Shown in pieces: positions 7,334-16,363 of a stretch of 32,000 bases of DNA. The translations under genes were made by a program, and so were the position numbers. Position 1 is the stretch's first letter, and the number at the start of each line of letters is the position of its first letter. Under the pieces are notes generated by a model. It was not told where the DNA came from. It saw only the letters and a program-made list of their open reading frames with translations, and did not search any database. Source of the stretch: Ignicoccus hospitalis KIN4/I (GTDB lineage: Archaea; Thermoproteota; Thermoprotei_A; Sulfolobales; Ignicoccaceae); contig NC_009776.1 of NCBI RefSeq assembly GCF_000017945.1, forward strand, positions 840,001 through 872,000, written 5' to 3'.

Positions 7334-7999
7334 TTAAATTGAGGTGTGCAGTTTCCGAGTCCAGGTTACGTGAATACACCTACCGCACTCGCAGAACTTA
7401 GCCGCGGAGGGCTCGAAGTCCGGCGACTCGTCTACCCTTTCGAAGCCCTCCCCTTCGAACAAGTTCGTCCCGGCGCCCAAGACTTTGCCTACGTACGTTA
7501 TTTCCAAGGTATTCACATATTTCAGCAAGCTCCAGTTAAGCCTTCCGCCCCCTTCAACTAAGACCTTCCTCACCCCCTTAGAGCCCAGCTCTTCCAGCGC
7601 CCTCCCCCAGTCCACCTCGGGCCCCTTTCCGGCGACGAGCACCTCGACGCCCAACGACTTAAAGTACTTGTACTTCCACTCGTTATTCCTTATACCTTCG
7701 ACAGTTGTAACGACCAAGCTGGTCCACGGCCACTCCCGGAACAGCCTTAGGTCGTGTGGGACCGAGAGCCTCCCGTCCACTACCCCCCTCAAGGGTTGAC
7801 GTTTGCACGGCACCCTCTTCACGAAAAGTCCGGGGTCGTCCGTCTTAGCAGTGTTCGCTCCAACCAAGACCAAGTCGGACCAGCAGCGCCACTTGTGGAG
7901 GAGCCTTAGGTCGTTTTCACAAGAGAGTTTGGAGTCTCCGGACTTGGTGGCTATTCTGCCGTCCAAACTGGCGGTGGAAAATATGACGACTTCTATCAC
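7334..7999 (-). CDS. RibD C-terminal-domain reductase (2,5-diamino-6-ribosylamino-pyrimidinone 5'-phosphate reductase-like, riboflavin pathway)
   Basis: VIFSTASLDGRIATKSGDSKLSCENDL..DLVLVGANTAKTDDPGL..KVLVEGGGRLNWSLL is the DHFR-like RibD_C pattern. Confidence 0.8.
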   Translation of the reverse strand: MIEVVIFSTASLDGRIATKSGDSKLSCENDLRLLHKWRCWSDLVLVGANTAKTDDPGLFVKRVPCKRQPLRGVVDGRLSVPHDLRLFREWPWTSLVVTTVEGIRNNEWKYKYFKSLGVEVLVAGKGPEVDWGRALEELGSKGVRKVLVEGGGRLNWSLLKYVNTLEITYVGKVLGAGTNLFEGEGFERVDESPDFEPSAAKFCECGRCIHVTWTRKLHTSI

Positions 8000-8042
8000 A
8001 CAAAACCCCTTTCTAACGTCGCTCTAAGGGGTAAGAATATCC

Positions 8043-8600
8043 GTGATCTTCTTGGGGGGAATTAACGGAACCGGGAAGACGTCTTCGTGCTTAGCTTTGG
8101 AGAAGCGAGGCCTCAAGTGTTCTAAGGTCCCTCAACTGTGTTACGGAGGCGAAAACCCGATAGCGTTTGAGATATACGCGCTTAACAACACGATGTTCCA
8201 CGCGAGGGGCGACGCGGTAGACGAGTCGCCTTTGACCCATCAACTCTATTTAGCTGCTATAGCCGAGAACATAGGCATAGCTTCCGAGGGGGACGAGACG
8301 CTAAGGCGCGTGGAAGAGGGCATATTCATGACGGTACGGAAGCTGAAAGACGAAGGTCACAAGTTCGTCTGGCTGACGGCGGACCCGGCGGTCATTCAAG
8401 CTCGTCTGGCTAGGTCGGGAACTTGTAGGTACCGACCTTTCATAGAGCAGATGAGCTTCTTACTCGGCACCTTAAAGTTCCTAGAGAATAAGGCAATTAA
8501 AGAGTGGAGAGAGGAGGGTGTCGTGGACCTAGTCGTGGACACCTCTTCGAAAACCCCCGAGGAAGTTGCGGAGGAGGTGGCGAGGCTCCTTGAGGGTTAG
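8043..8600 (+). CDS. P-loop NTPase, putative nucleoside/nucleotide kinase
   Basis: Walker A GGINGTGKTS at the N-terminus. Size is 185 aa. The C-terminal LID-like R-rich segment (ARLARSGTCRYR) fits small kinases (dNK/AK fold). GTG start. Confidence 0.55.
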   Translation: MIFLGGINGTGKTSSCLALEKRGLKCSKVPQLCYGGENPIAFEIYALNNTMFHARGDAVDESPLTHQLYLAAIAENIGIASEGDETLRRVEEGIFMTVRKLKDEGHKFVWLTADPAVIQARLARSGTCRYRPFIEQMSFLLGTLKFLENKAIKEWREEGVVDLVVDTSSKTPEEVAEEVARLLEG

Positions 8601-9033
8601 GGTGGAGGCCGAAGTCAGGCCCACAGAGGACCCGAACAAGGTCTTGAAGGCCCTTAGGAACTTGTTTAACATGGAGTTCAAGTTGGTCGAGAGGGGCAGA
8701 GGGTGGGCCAGCTGGGTCGGCGAGAGTGAGGACCTAACTTCCCTCCTCCCCCTCAAGAGGGCCATCCAAGCGAAGGCCGTGGACGAGACGTTTTACAAGT
8801 ACTTGAAGAGGCTGAGCAAAGGCACACAGAACTTGTTAATTTTTAAGCTAAATAAACAAGCCGCTTATGCCGGAACGCCCTCTTTAGCGGAAGAGGATGT
8901 CGAGTCCCCCTTAGGGGCTATAACGGTTGAAGTGGAAGCCGAGGACGTGAAGAAAGTAATAGCTTGGTTGACGGGGAAGGAAGGTGAAGTCAGCGGACGT
9001 GACGAGGATTCGTCTGTGCGACAAAACGGTTAG
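8590..9033 (+). CDS. UPF0201/DUF54-family protein (predicted RNA-binding, usually paired with a P-loop kinase in archaea)
   Basis: (M)RVRVEAEVRPTEDPNKVLKALRNLF matches the characteristic N-terminus of the UPF0201 family (..v.a.v.PTED.ekV..al.nlF). I prefer the TTG at 8590 (SD-like GGAGGAGGTGG at 8571-8581) over the track start at 8566. Confidence 0.65.
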   Translation: MRVRVEAEVRPTEDPNKVLKALRNLFNMEFKLVERGRGWASWVGESEDLTSLLPLKRAIQAKAVDETFYKYLKRLSKGTQNLLIFKLNKQAAYAGTPSLAEEDVESPLGAITVEVEAEDVKKVIAWLTGKEGEVSGRDEDSSVRQNG

Positions 9034-10489
9034 GGAGTTCAACCCGGTACATAAGTATAATCCGAGGAAGGGCCCCCGCGTAGCGCTCTTCTACCCGGCC
9101 CCCTATTCTGTGGCCTCCCAAAGCTTGGGCTTCCAGCTGCTCTACGCGTACTTCGTCAGCTACGGGGTGAGGGTTGAGAGGTTCACTTACGACTCTTGCG
9201 GGACGAGCCTGGAGTCCGGCAAGACTTTAAAAGAGTTCGACGTAGTAGTGGTCTCATCGTCCTTCGAGCTGGACTACCCCTACTTATCTGAGTATTTGAG
9301 GAAGTACGGCCGCGAGGGACAAAGAGTAATAGCCGGAGGTATCGCGCCTACGTCCAATCCCATACCGATATTAGACGTGGTGACCAACGTGGTGCTCGCT
9401 GACGTAGAAATTGCTGTGCCCAGTGTTGTAGACGCGCTATTCAGCGGGGATTGGGAAAGCTTCGAGTCCTTAGAGTTCGTGGTCTCTGGGGAGGACGACG
9501 AGGGCAAGAGGGCTTACGCGAACGTCGCTGAGGAGCCGCTGCTATCGACCCAGTTCGTACCCTTGGACTTCGACCCTCCGTGGGGCAAGGGGTTCCTCGT
9601 GGAGGTGACCAGAGGCTGCCCTTGGAAGTGCCGCTTCTGCCTAGAGGGTTGGGTCACCAAGCCCTTCCGCCAGAGGGACGTGGAGCAAGTCAAGAGGGCC
9701 CTAGCTAACGTCCGTAGGCCGTTCGAGAAGGTAATAACCATCTCTCTGAGCTTAGGTAATTATGAGTCAGTAGACGAGTACTTGGACTCATTGATCGAAC
9801 TTAAGAGAAAGAGGAAGGTGCAAGGCTCAGTGCCCAGCCTAAGGTTGGAGACAGTTACGGAGGAGTTGCTCGAGAAAGTTAAGGGTTTGGGTCAGAGGAC
9901 CGTAACGGTCGCGCCGGAGACCTTCGACCCGTTGAAGGCCCGCGTGCTGGGCAAGGGCTATGCTCCAGAATTCTTTAAAGAGAAAGTAAGCATAATCAAT
10001 AAACTCAACTTAAAGCTAAAAGTATACATGATGGTTGTTCCCGGGGAGCCTGCGAGGGTTACGGAGGGCGACGCGGAGGTCTTGAAGGAACTGGCGCCGG
10101 GCTCCCACGTCTCGGTGAACCCCTTAGTACCCAAGCCTTGGACCCCCCTTCAAGGGGCCCCCATTCCCGGAGAGAGGGAGGAGAGGGCTTTGTCCGTCTT
10201 CGCGGAGAAGTTGAGATACGTCGACTTGTACCCGGTCAAGTGGGCCCGCTTGCAAGCCGCGCTCGGCCTAGCGAGGAGGCCTTTGGGCAAGCACTTAGCT
10301 CCCACCTCCGACCCAGAAGGACTGATAAGGGAACTGAACGAAAGGGGACTGATTTCCTTGAAAGAGTTAGAAAGCTGGAGGACCGATTGGGACGAACCTT
10401 GGTTGAGGTTCAGGGTGGGAGACTTGAAGGAAATAAAGAGGCTCGGCGAGGACAGCTACGAGGCTTGGAAGGAGCTGATCAGCTCGTGA
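8984..10489 (+). CDS. Radical SAM enzyme with N-terminal B12-binding-like/flavodoxin-like domain, function unknown
   Basis: VEVTRGCPWKCRFCLEGW contains the CxxxCxxC [4Fe-4S]/SAM motif. The N-terminus (RVALFYPAPYSVASQSLGFQLLYAYF) resembles the TIGR03960-type radical SAM family. The start must be the GTG at 8984 or at 8999, because there are no later in-frame starts. Confidence 0.82.
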   Translation: MKSADVTRIRLCDKTVREFNPVHKYNPRKGPRVALFYPAPYSVASQSLGFQLLYAYFVSYGVRVERFTYDSCGTSLESGKTLKEFDVVVVSSSFELDYPYLSEYLRKYGREGQRVIAGGIAPTSNPIPILDVVTNVVLADVEIAVPSVVDALFSGDWESFESLEFVVSGEDDEGKRAYANVAEEPLLSTQFVPLDFDPPWGKGFLVEVTRGCPWKCRFCLEGWVTKPFRQRDVEQVKRALANVRRPFEKVITISLSLGNYESVDEYLDSLIELKRKRKVQGSVPSLRLETVTEELLEKVKGLGQRTVTVAPETFDPLKARVLGKGYAPEFFKEKVSIINKLNLKLKVYMMVVPGEPARVTEGDAEVLKELAPGSHVSVNPLVPKPWTPLQGAPIPGEREERALSVFAEKLRYVDLYPVKWARLQAALGLARRPLGKHLAPTSDPEGLIRELNERGLISLKELESWRTDWDEPWLRFRVGDLKEIKRLGEDSYEAWKELISS

Positions 10490-11813
10490 AGACCGGGGAG
10501 CCCTCGTCCACCGAGGAGCCCTTCTTCAGCATCTCGTGTAGGTCCTTCTCCGGGTCGCCGACGAGCCTCAAATCGAACTCTTTCACCAACTTCTCTAGCA
10601 CGTTGGGCGTGAAGAACTTCGGGAGGACAGGGCCTATGTAGATACCTCTTATGCCTAAGTACAGCAAGGAGTACAGGATTGCGACGGCCTTCTGTTCCAT
10701 CCAGCTTAGGACAATGCTTACGGGCAAGTTGTTAAGGTCCTTTCCAAGCCTCTTCGCCAGCTCGGAAGCGATGACCAGTATCGAATATACGTTGTTGCAT
10801 TGGCCGAAGTCCATGAACCGGGGTATGCCCTCTATAGTGCCGTAGTTCCTATTGTTATAGTGGAACTTGGCACACGCGGCGCTCAGTATTATGGAGTCCT
10901 TAGGCACGAGCTCGGTAAACCTCTTGTAGTAGCTCATCTTGGGGTTCGGCAAGTCACAGCCGCCCACCACGAAGACGTGCCTTATCTTACCCTCGTTGAT
11001 CAAATCTATCACCTTGTCCAGCAACGGTAGTACGTTCGTGTGGTGGAAGCCCGTAACGAGCTTACCTCCCTCCTTCTTCTCCAGCCTCGGGGTCTCTAGG
11101 GCTCTCTTTATGGCGGGCGTGAAGTCCCCTTCTAGGTGGGGCACCCCCTCGAGCCCGGCTATGTCGGTAGTGAAAATCCTGTTCGCGTAGGCGGGGGTAG
11201 GCTGTTGGACGCAGTTGCTCGTGCCTATTATGACCCCGGGGAACTGGGCGAACTCCCTCTTCTGGTAGACCCAGCTGCCTCCCCAGTTACCGTAGAGGCT
11301 GGGGAAGGCCTTCAGCTTGGGGTACGAGTGAGCCGGGAGCATTTCTGAGTGGGTGTAGACCTTTATCTCGTCTTCCAAACCCATTTCCCTTATCTGTTTC
11401 AAAAGCTCGTACAGCGGCTTGTAGCTGTGACCCGTGACCAATATGCCGTGACCCTCCTCGGTCCCCGTAGGGACCTCCACCACTTGGGGCGCTCCGAAGG
11501 TCTCAACGTACGCTTTGTCCAACAGCTCCATAGTCTTTATGTGTATCCTTCCGGCTTCCAATATCATTTTGATGAAGTTTTCCTTGCTGAAGTCTACGTT
11601 AGTCAGAGTTTTGTACAGAGCTGAGGCCAAGAAGTAACTTATCTCGGGGTCGTCGTAGCCCAAGGAGCGCGCGTGATAATAATATGCGGAGATCCCCTTG
11701 AGGCCGTATATGAGGGCCTCTTGGAGGGACTGCAGGTCGGCGTCCTTACCGCACACGCCGTAGGAGGTGCACCCCCTAGGGGGCAAGCTCATGGCGCATT
11801 GGTCACAGAGCAT
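10479..11813 (-). CDS. hcp: Hybrid-cluster protein / hydroxylamine reductase (short, class III-like)
   Basis: MLCDQCAMSLPPRGCTSYGVCGK gives the N-terminal CxxCx8Cx5C cubane motif. Hcp-like sequence continues throughout (..GILVTGHSY.., ..NCVQQP.., ..VVGGCD.., ..FGQCNN..). I place the start at the ATG at 11813 (MLCDQC). The track's TTG at 11939 adds 42 non-conserved residues. Confidence 0.9.
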   Translation of the reverse strand: MLCDQCAMSLPPRGCTSYGVCGKDADLQSLQEALIYGLKGISAYYYHARSLGYDDPEISYFLASALYKTLTNVDFSKENFIKMILEAGRIHIKTMELLDKAYVETFGAPQVVEVPTGTEEGHGILVTGHSYKPLYELLKQIREMGLEDEIKVYTHSEMLPAHSYPKLKAFPSLYGNWGGSWVYQKREFAQFPGVIIGTSNCVQQPTPAYANRIFTTDIAGLEGVPHLEGDFTPAIKRALETPRLEKKEGGKLVTGFHHTNVLPLLDKVIDLINEGKIRHVFVVGGCDLPNPKMSYYKRFTELVPKDSIILSAACAKFHYNNRNYGTIEGIPRFMDFGQCNNVYSILVIASELAKRLGKDLNNLPVSIVLSWMEQKAVAILYSLLYLGIRGIYIGPVLPKFFTPNVLEKLVKEFDLRLVGDPEKDLHEMLKKGSSVDEGSPVFTS

Positions 11814-11967
11814 GGGAACGGTCTCGACCTTTGACACGTGCGAACCCCTCGGGAAGGGTAGAAACGCCTTCTTGCTTAGAACGTTTTGATCGAACGCGTT
11901 ACCGTCTTCACTCCCCTTCCCTCTCGCATAAACCCCCAACGGACGTACTCTAACAATAGCTAACTGT

Positions 11968-13626
11968 TCAGTACTCTAACGCCCCTCCCTTGTCGGCGCT
12001 CAAGGCCATCTTCGCGTACCTCCTAAGTATTCCCCTCCTCAAGGGCTTCACCTTCGGCTTCCAGCGAGCCCTCCTCTCCTCTAGCTCCTTCTCGTCCACC
12101 AGCAAGTCTAACCTCCTCTTCTCGATATCTATCACTATCTCGTCGCCGTCTTGAACGAGCGCTATGGGCCCTCCGGCGGCGGCCTCGGGGGAGACGTGGC
12201 CTATCGCTGGCCCCCTAGTGGCCCCCGAGAAGCGGCCGTCCGTCACCAGCGCTACCTTATCGCCCAAGCCGAGCGCCATAACTGCTGCAGTGGCCGTCAA
12301 CATCTCGCGCATCCCGGGCCCCCCTCTCGGGCCCTCGTACCTGATCACTATTACGGTCCCGGGCTCTATCTCGCCCCCTCTGATGGCCTTTACCGCGTCC
12401 TCCTCTCTGTCAAAGACCCTCGCCACGCCCTTGAACTTCCAGAGCTCCCTCTTCACGGCTGAAGCCTTAACCACGGCTCCGTTAGGGGCCAAGGAGCCCT
12501 TGAGTATGGCAAGGCCTCCGAAGGGACTGTAGGGGTTATCCAAAGGCCTTATTACTTCTCTATCCAAGACTGCCGCGTCCTTAACGTTCTCCCAGACGGT
12601 CTTGCCGGTCACGGTCAAGGCGTCCTTGTGAATGAGACCGGCCTCCCCGAGCTCTTTTAGTACTGCCGGAATCCCCCCGGCTCTGTCCAAGTCCACTACG
12701 AAGTGTCTCCCGGAAGGCGATATGGAAGCTATGTGGGGCACCTTGCGGGATATTTCGTCGAACACTTCGAGGGGTAAGTCTATTCCGAGCTCGTACGCTA
12801 ACGCTTCCAAGTGTAGCACGGAGTTGGTAGAGCCGCCCAACGCCATGTCCACGGCTATAGCGTTCTCTAATGCCTTCCTTGTCAGTATTTTGTCGGGAGT
12901 CAGTCCCTCTTCCACCATTTTTACTATTCTCATACCGGTAAGCTTGGCGTACCAGAGCCTCCTCGCCTCCACTGCTGGTACCGTGGACGCGCCCGGCAAC
13001 ATCAACCCCATGGCTTCCGAGAGCATATTCATCGTGTTTGCCGTGAAGAGGCCCGCGCAGCTGCCCGGGCCGGGGAGCGCGCTCTCCTCTAACTTCCTTA
13101 GTTCTTCCGTTCTTCCCTCCTTAATGAGGACGTTCATCCTCTCCATGAGGTCCTTGAAGTCTATCCGTTCCTTGCCGTATACGCCGGGCATCATGGGGCC
13201 GCCGTTGATCAGAATTACCGGGACCTCCAGCCTGGCCGCGGCCAACAAGAAGCCCGGAGTTATCTTGTCGCAGTTGGTCACCATAACTACGGCGTCCAGC
13301 CTGTGAGCTTCCACCATTATTTCGACAGTGTCTGCTATGACCTCCCTAGAAGGCAGCGAATACCTCATCCCCTCGTGACCCATTGCGATCCCGTCGCATA
13401 CGGCGATGGTGCCGAACTCCAGCGGAGTGCCCCCTGCCATCCTTATCCCGGCCTTTACCGCCTCCGCTACCTTGTCCAAGTGGACGTGGCCGGGGACTAT
13501 TTCGTTCCAAGAGTTCGCCACTCCTATTAGAGGCCTCCTCAGCTCTTCGTCAATTAGCCCAGAGGCCCTCCACAGAGCCCTATGAGGGGCGTACTCCGGC
13601 CTCAAGAAGACGTCGCTTCTCTTCAA
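11968..13626 (-). CDS. ilvD: Dihydroxy-acid dehydratase
   Basis: Full-length match to the IlvD/Edd family: [91 protein letters not shown]. Confidence 0.96.
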   Translation of the reverse strand: MKRSDVFLRPEYAPHRALWRASGLIDEELRRPLIGVANSWNEIVPGHVHLDKVAEAVKAGIRMAGGTPLEFGTIAVCDGIAMGHEGMRYSLPSREVIADTVEIMVEAHRLDAVVMVTNCDKITPGFLLAAARLEVPVILINGGPMMPGVYGKERIDFKDLMERMNVLIKEGRTEELRKLEESALPGPGSCAGLFTANTMNMLSEAMGLMLPGASTVPAVEARRLWYAKLTGMRIVKMVEEGLTPDKILTRKALENAIAVDMALGGSTNSVLHLEALAYELGIDLPLEVFDEISRKVPHIASISPSGRHFVVDLDRAGGIPAVLKELGEAGLIHKDALTVTGKTVWENVKDAAVLDREVIRPLDNPYSPFGGLAILKGSLAPNGAVVKASAVKRELWKFKGVARVFDREEDAVKAIRGGEIEPGTVIVIRYEGPRGGPGMREMLTATAAVMALGLGDKVALVTDGRFSGATRGPAIGHVSPEAAAGGPIALVQDGDEIVIDIEKRRLDLLVDEKELEERRARWKPKVKPLRRGILRRYAKMALSADKGGALEY

Positions 13627-13724
13627 CTTCCGGGACCACTTCCACTCCCACGCGGAAGCTAAAACTCGTTCGTAGCGCGCTTAATGTCAAAAACCCAGCT
13701 GCGTTTTCCACACCGGGTAGCGAC

Positions 13725-16319
13725 TTGAAGAGGACCGCGTTTTGGATTGTAATAGCAGCAATTGCCGCCTTGTTCGCGGCCCAACTCGATAGGGTGTTGG
13801 TATACAGCGAGACTGCCATGCTCCCGAAAGATGCGGAGTCCTACAAGGTGAAGGAAGTTGTTAATACATACTTTAAAGATATGGCCAATAACACGCTACT
13901 GTTCGCAATATTCGAGACTAACGTAACCGACGAGAGGGCGTGGAACTGGTACTGGACATTAAAGAACGAGACAAAACTGAACATGACCAGCATCTACGAC
14001 ATCTGGAAGACATCTGAAAAGGGGTTGAAGAAGCTGTACGACGCGTCAAAGAACTTCAAGAACATGTACGAAGGCTTGGGCGAGGGTTTAGCTAACCTCT
14101 GGGCGGCCGTAGACGTGATCCACTACATAATGGTGATCAATGGGCTATATAGCTTGGATAAGGAGGAAGCAGTCTCGACCTTCCAAGCGCTGGTTTATGG
14201 GACCCCGCTGGAGAATATGACTGACGTGGCCGAGCTCTTGTACGACGCTGTGGCCTCCAGCGGGAAGGACCCCACCTCCGTGGACGAGGTCTTCACCCTG
14301 ACCGTAGCTTATCGAAAGCTCAAGTCGGGTTTGGAGTCGGAATACGCCAAGGCGTACCTAGACTGTTTATACAAGGGCTTGATCGGCGAGGTTAAGGGAA
14401 AGAAGTACTGGTTGGACTATCCGATGGACTTCGAAAGCATAAAGAACAAAATAATGGATGACATAAAGTCGGTAGAACCCAAGTCGGTTAGGTGCTTCTC
14501 GAATTGGTTCGCAGCGAAGGTTGGGCTCCCCGGGGACATCGTAGAAGAGGTGGTGGTTTCGGCCTACGAAGGCAAAGAGGTAAACCTCAGAGGTCTGGCC
14601 TTGAAGCTCATATTGGAAAAGGAAGGAGACATAATAAAGACTCTGTTCCTCTCTAAGGACTGGAAGGCCACGATAATAAGGCTGCCTACGAACGATTACG
14701 AAACTGCTAAGAGAGTAAAGGAGGAGGCAATTAAGCTTGGAAAAGGCATACTCTCCAAGGCATACTTACTGGGACCGGGGGTGCTAAGCGTCGAACTCCA
14801 AGAAGCTAACATAGAGGACGCGAGAAGGGTCCAAGAGCTTAGCCACGCCCTGGTACTAGTGGTGTTGTTCCTAATCACGAGGTCGATAGTCGCCAGCGTC
14901 ATACCGTTCTTGGTCGTAGGGATCGGAATAATAGTGGGTATGGCGTTAGCGTACTTCGTCGGGCTGGCCTTCCCTATATATCACATAGCGAAGACCTTGA
15001 TGATAACTACGGGATTGGGGCTAGGTATGGACTATAGCATATTCATATTGGCCAGGTTTAAGGAGGAGGCGACCAAGGGCCTCTCGCCCAAGGAAGCGGC
15101 GGCAGTGGCTGCCAAGCGCGCCGGCCACGCGGTCGGGGTGTCGGCCCTCGCGGCCTCCTTGGGCTTCGCCTCCCTCGCGCTCTCCGGGACTTTGATGCTT
15201 GACAGCATGGGCTTAACCATACCTCTGGTGGTCCTCGCCACCGCGGCCACTGCGATGACCCTCCTTCCCGAAGTCCTCTCCAAGATCGGAGAGAAGAGCT
15301 GGTTCTGGTGGCCGGGGAGGCTGACGGTCAGGGAAGAGAGGCCCTTCGAAGGGAGGCCTAGGACATCTGTCTTGGTAGCGGTGTTCGTGCTAGCCATCAT
15401 ACTTACAGCGTACTCATTAGTATTTTACATCAATTACAAGGGCACTAGCGATACCACGCTCTTCTTGCCCGAGGGCACGGAGGCCTACGAGGCGCTGCTA
15501 GAGTTCGCCCAGCGCTTCCCTCCCGGGGCTTGGGGGCCCGTTTACCTCGTCTCGCTTAACTGCGACTGCCACAACGTCCTAGAGAGCTTGAAGCACAACC
15601 CCGCCGTGGCTACAGTAATCATGCCCGAGGACGTGCCGAGCTTGAAGAAGGACGGTATCAACCTAATAATGGTAATACCGAACTCCCAGCCCTTCAGTGA
15701 AGAGGCAATGAAGTTAGTCGAAGAAATTAGGCATATTCGCGAGGATAAGTGTTGCTTAGTAGGAGGCACCCCCGCGGAGCTGCTCGACACCAAAGTATTG
15801 GTGACTAAGTCGTTCTGGAGTAAGGTGGCCCCCTTCGCGATAACGGCTACCATGCTAGTGCTGTTAGTAAGCACGCGAAGGCTCCCTCCGGTGGTCAGCG
15901 CGGCCTTCAGCTTGGTAGCCGCCATATCTTGGGCCGTGACGCTGTCCCACTACCTCTCCTTGTACGCGTGGGGGTCCCCGCTCTACTGGATAACGCCGCT
16001 GATAGCGTTCGTGGCCACCCTGGGCATAGGGACAGATTACAACGTCTTCTATATAAGCAGGGTGCTCGAAGAATTAGAGAAGAACGTGAAGAACGCCGTG
16101 TGGGCCCCAGTAAAGAGCGCGGCGCCGGTAATACTGGGGCTCGCGAGCATAATGGCCTCCGCTTACTTGGGCATGCTCGTGGCGCGCTCGGTGGCGTTGA
16201 GGCAGATGGGCCTCGCCTTGGGCTTCTCCGCGCTCTTCGCCGCGATCAACGCTACGTTGCTAAATCCAGTAACCTTGAGCATTATAGTATTGATAGCAAG
16301 CATCTTGAAGAAGCGATAG
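13725..16319 (+). CDS. MMPL/RND-superfamily membrane transporter (two 6-TM bundles, two large ectodomains)
   Basis: Duplicated MMPL signatures GMDYSIFILARFKEE and GTDYNVFYISRVLEE, each inside a TM bundle. The first ~114 codons of track ORF 13383..16319 overlap ilvD antisense and are Arg/Pro/Ser-rich, so they look spurious. The first plausible start is the TTG at 13725 (MKRTAFWIVIAAIAALFAAQL = TM1). Confidence 0.82.
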   Translation: MKRTAFWIVIAAIAALFAAQLDRVLVYSETAMLPKDAESYKVKEVVNTYFKDMANNTLLFAIFETNVTDERAWNWYWTLKNETKLNMTSIYDIWKTSEKGLKKLYDASKNFKNMYEGLGEGLANLWAAVDVIHYIMVINGLYSLDKEEAVSTFQALVYGTPLENMTDVAELLYDAVASSGKDPTSVDEVFTLTVAYRKLKSGLESEYAKAYLDCLYKGLIGEVKGKKYWLDYPMDFESIKNKIMDDIKSVEPKSVRCFSNWFAAKVGLPGDIVEEVVVSAYEGKEVNLRGLALKLILEKEGDIIKTLFLSKDWKATIIRLPTNDYETAKRVKEEAIKLGKGILSKAYLLGPGVLSVELQEANIEDARRVQELSHALVLVVLFLITRSIVASVIPFLVVGIGIIVGMALAYFVGLAFPIYHIAKTLMITTGLGLGMDYSIFILARFKEEATKGLSPKEAAAVAAKRAGHAVGVSALAASLGFASLALSGTLMLDSMGLTIPLVVLATAATAMTLLPEVLSKIGEKSWFWWPGRLTVREERPFEGRPRTSVLVAVFVLAIILTAYSLVFYINYKGTSDTTLFLPEGTEAYEALLEFAQRFPPGAWGPVYLVSLNCDCHNVLESLKHNPAVATVIMPEDVPSLKKDGINLIMVIPNSQPFSEEAMKLVEEIRHIREDKCCLVGGTPAELLDTKVLVTKSFWSKVAPFAITATMLVLLVSTRRLPPVVSAAFSLVAAISWAVTLSHYLSLYAWGSPLYWITPLIAFVATLGIGTDYNVFYISRVLEELEKNVKNAVWAPVKSAAPVILGLASIMASAYLGMLVARSVALRQMGLALGFSALFAAINATLLNPVTLSIIVLIASILKKR

Positions 16320-16326
16320 CCCACAC

Positions 16327-16334
16327 TTTTATAG
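16327..16334 (+). promoter_or_regulatory. TATA box (TTTTATAG) for the TIP49 gene
   Basis: Located 30-37 nt upstream of the TTG at 16364, which implies a leaderless or near-leaderless mRNA. Confidence 0.5.
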
Positions 16335-16363
16335 AACCGTTTCTTGCCACACCGGGGAACTCC

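Noticed and set aside
11814-11939. 42-codon N-terminal extension of Hcp from a TTG at 11939
   Set aside because: Hcp proteins begin at the MxCxQC cysteine motif, and the extension has no conserved features. It is treated as 5' UTR or regulatory spacer. I saw no convincing TATA within 40 nt of 11813, so the TSS remains unknown.
12151-13306. Long antisense ORFs within ilvD (12151..12462, 12164..12532, 12632..13306)
   Set aside because: They lie opposite a full-length, motif-complete IlvD frame. Their Ser/Pro/Ala-rich low complexity marks them as artefacts.
13383-13724. N-terminal 114 codons of the 978-aa track ORF
   Set aside because: They overlap the ilvD coding region antisense and encode an Arg/Pro/Ser-rich peptide. 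The MMPL homology and first TM helix begin only after the TTG at 13725.
15929-16363. N-terminal 145 codons of the 595-aa track ORF
   Set aside because: They overlap the 3' end of the MMPL gene in another frame and are Arg/Gly-rich. RuvBL homology starts right after the TTG at 16364, which has a TATA box 30-37 nt upstream.
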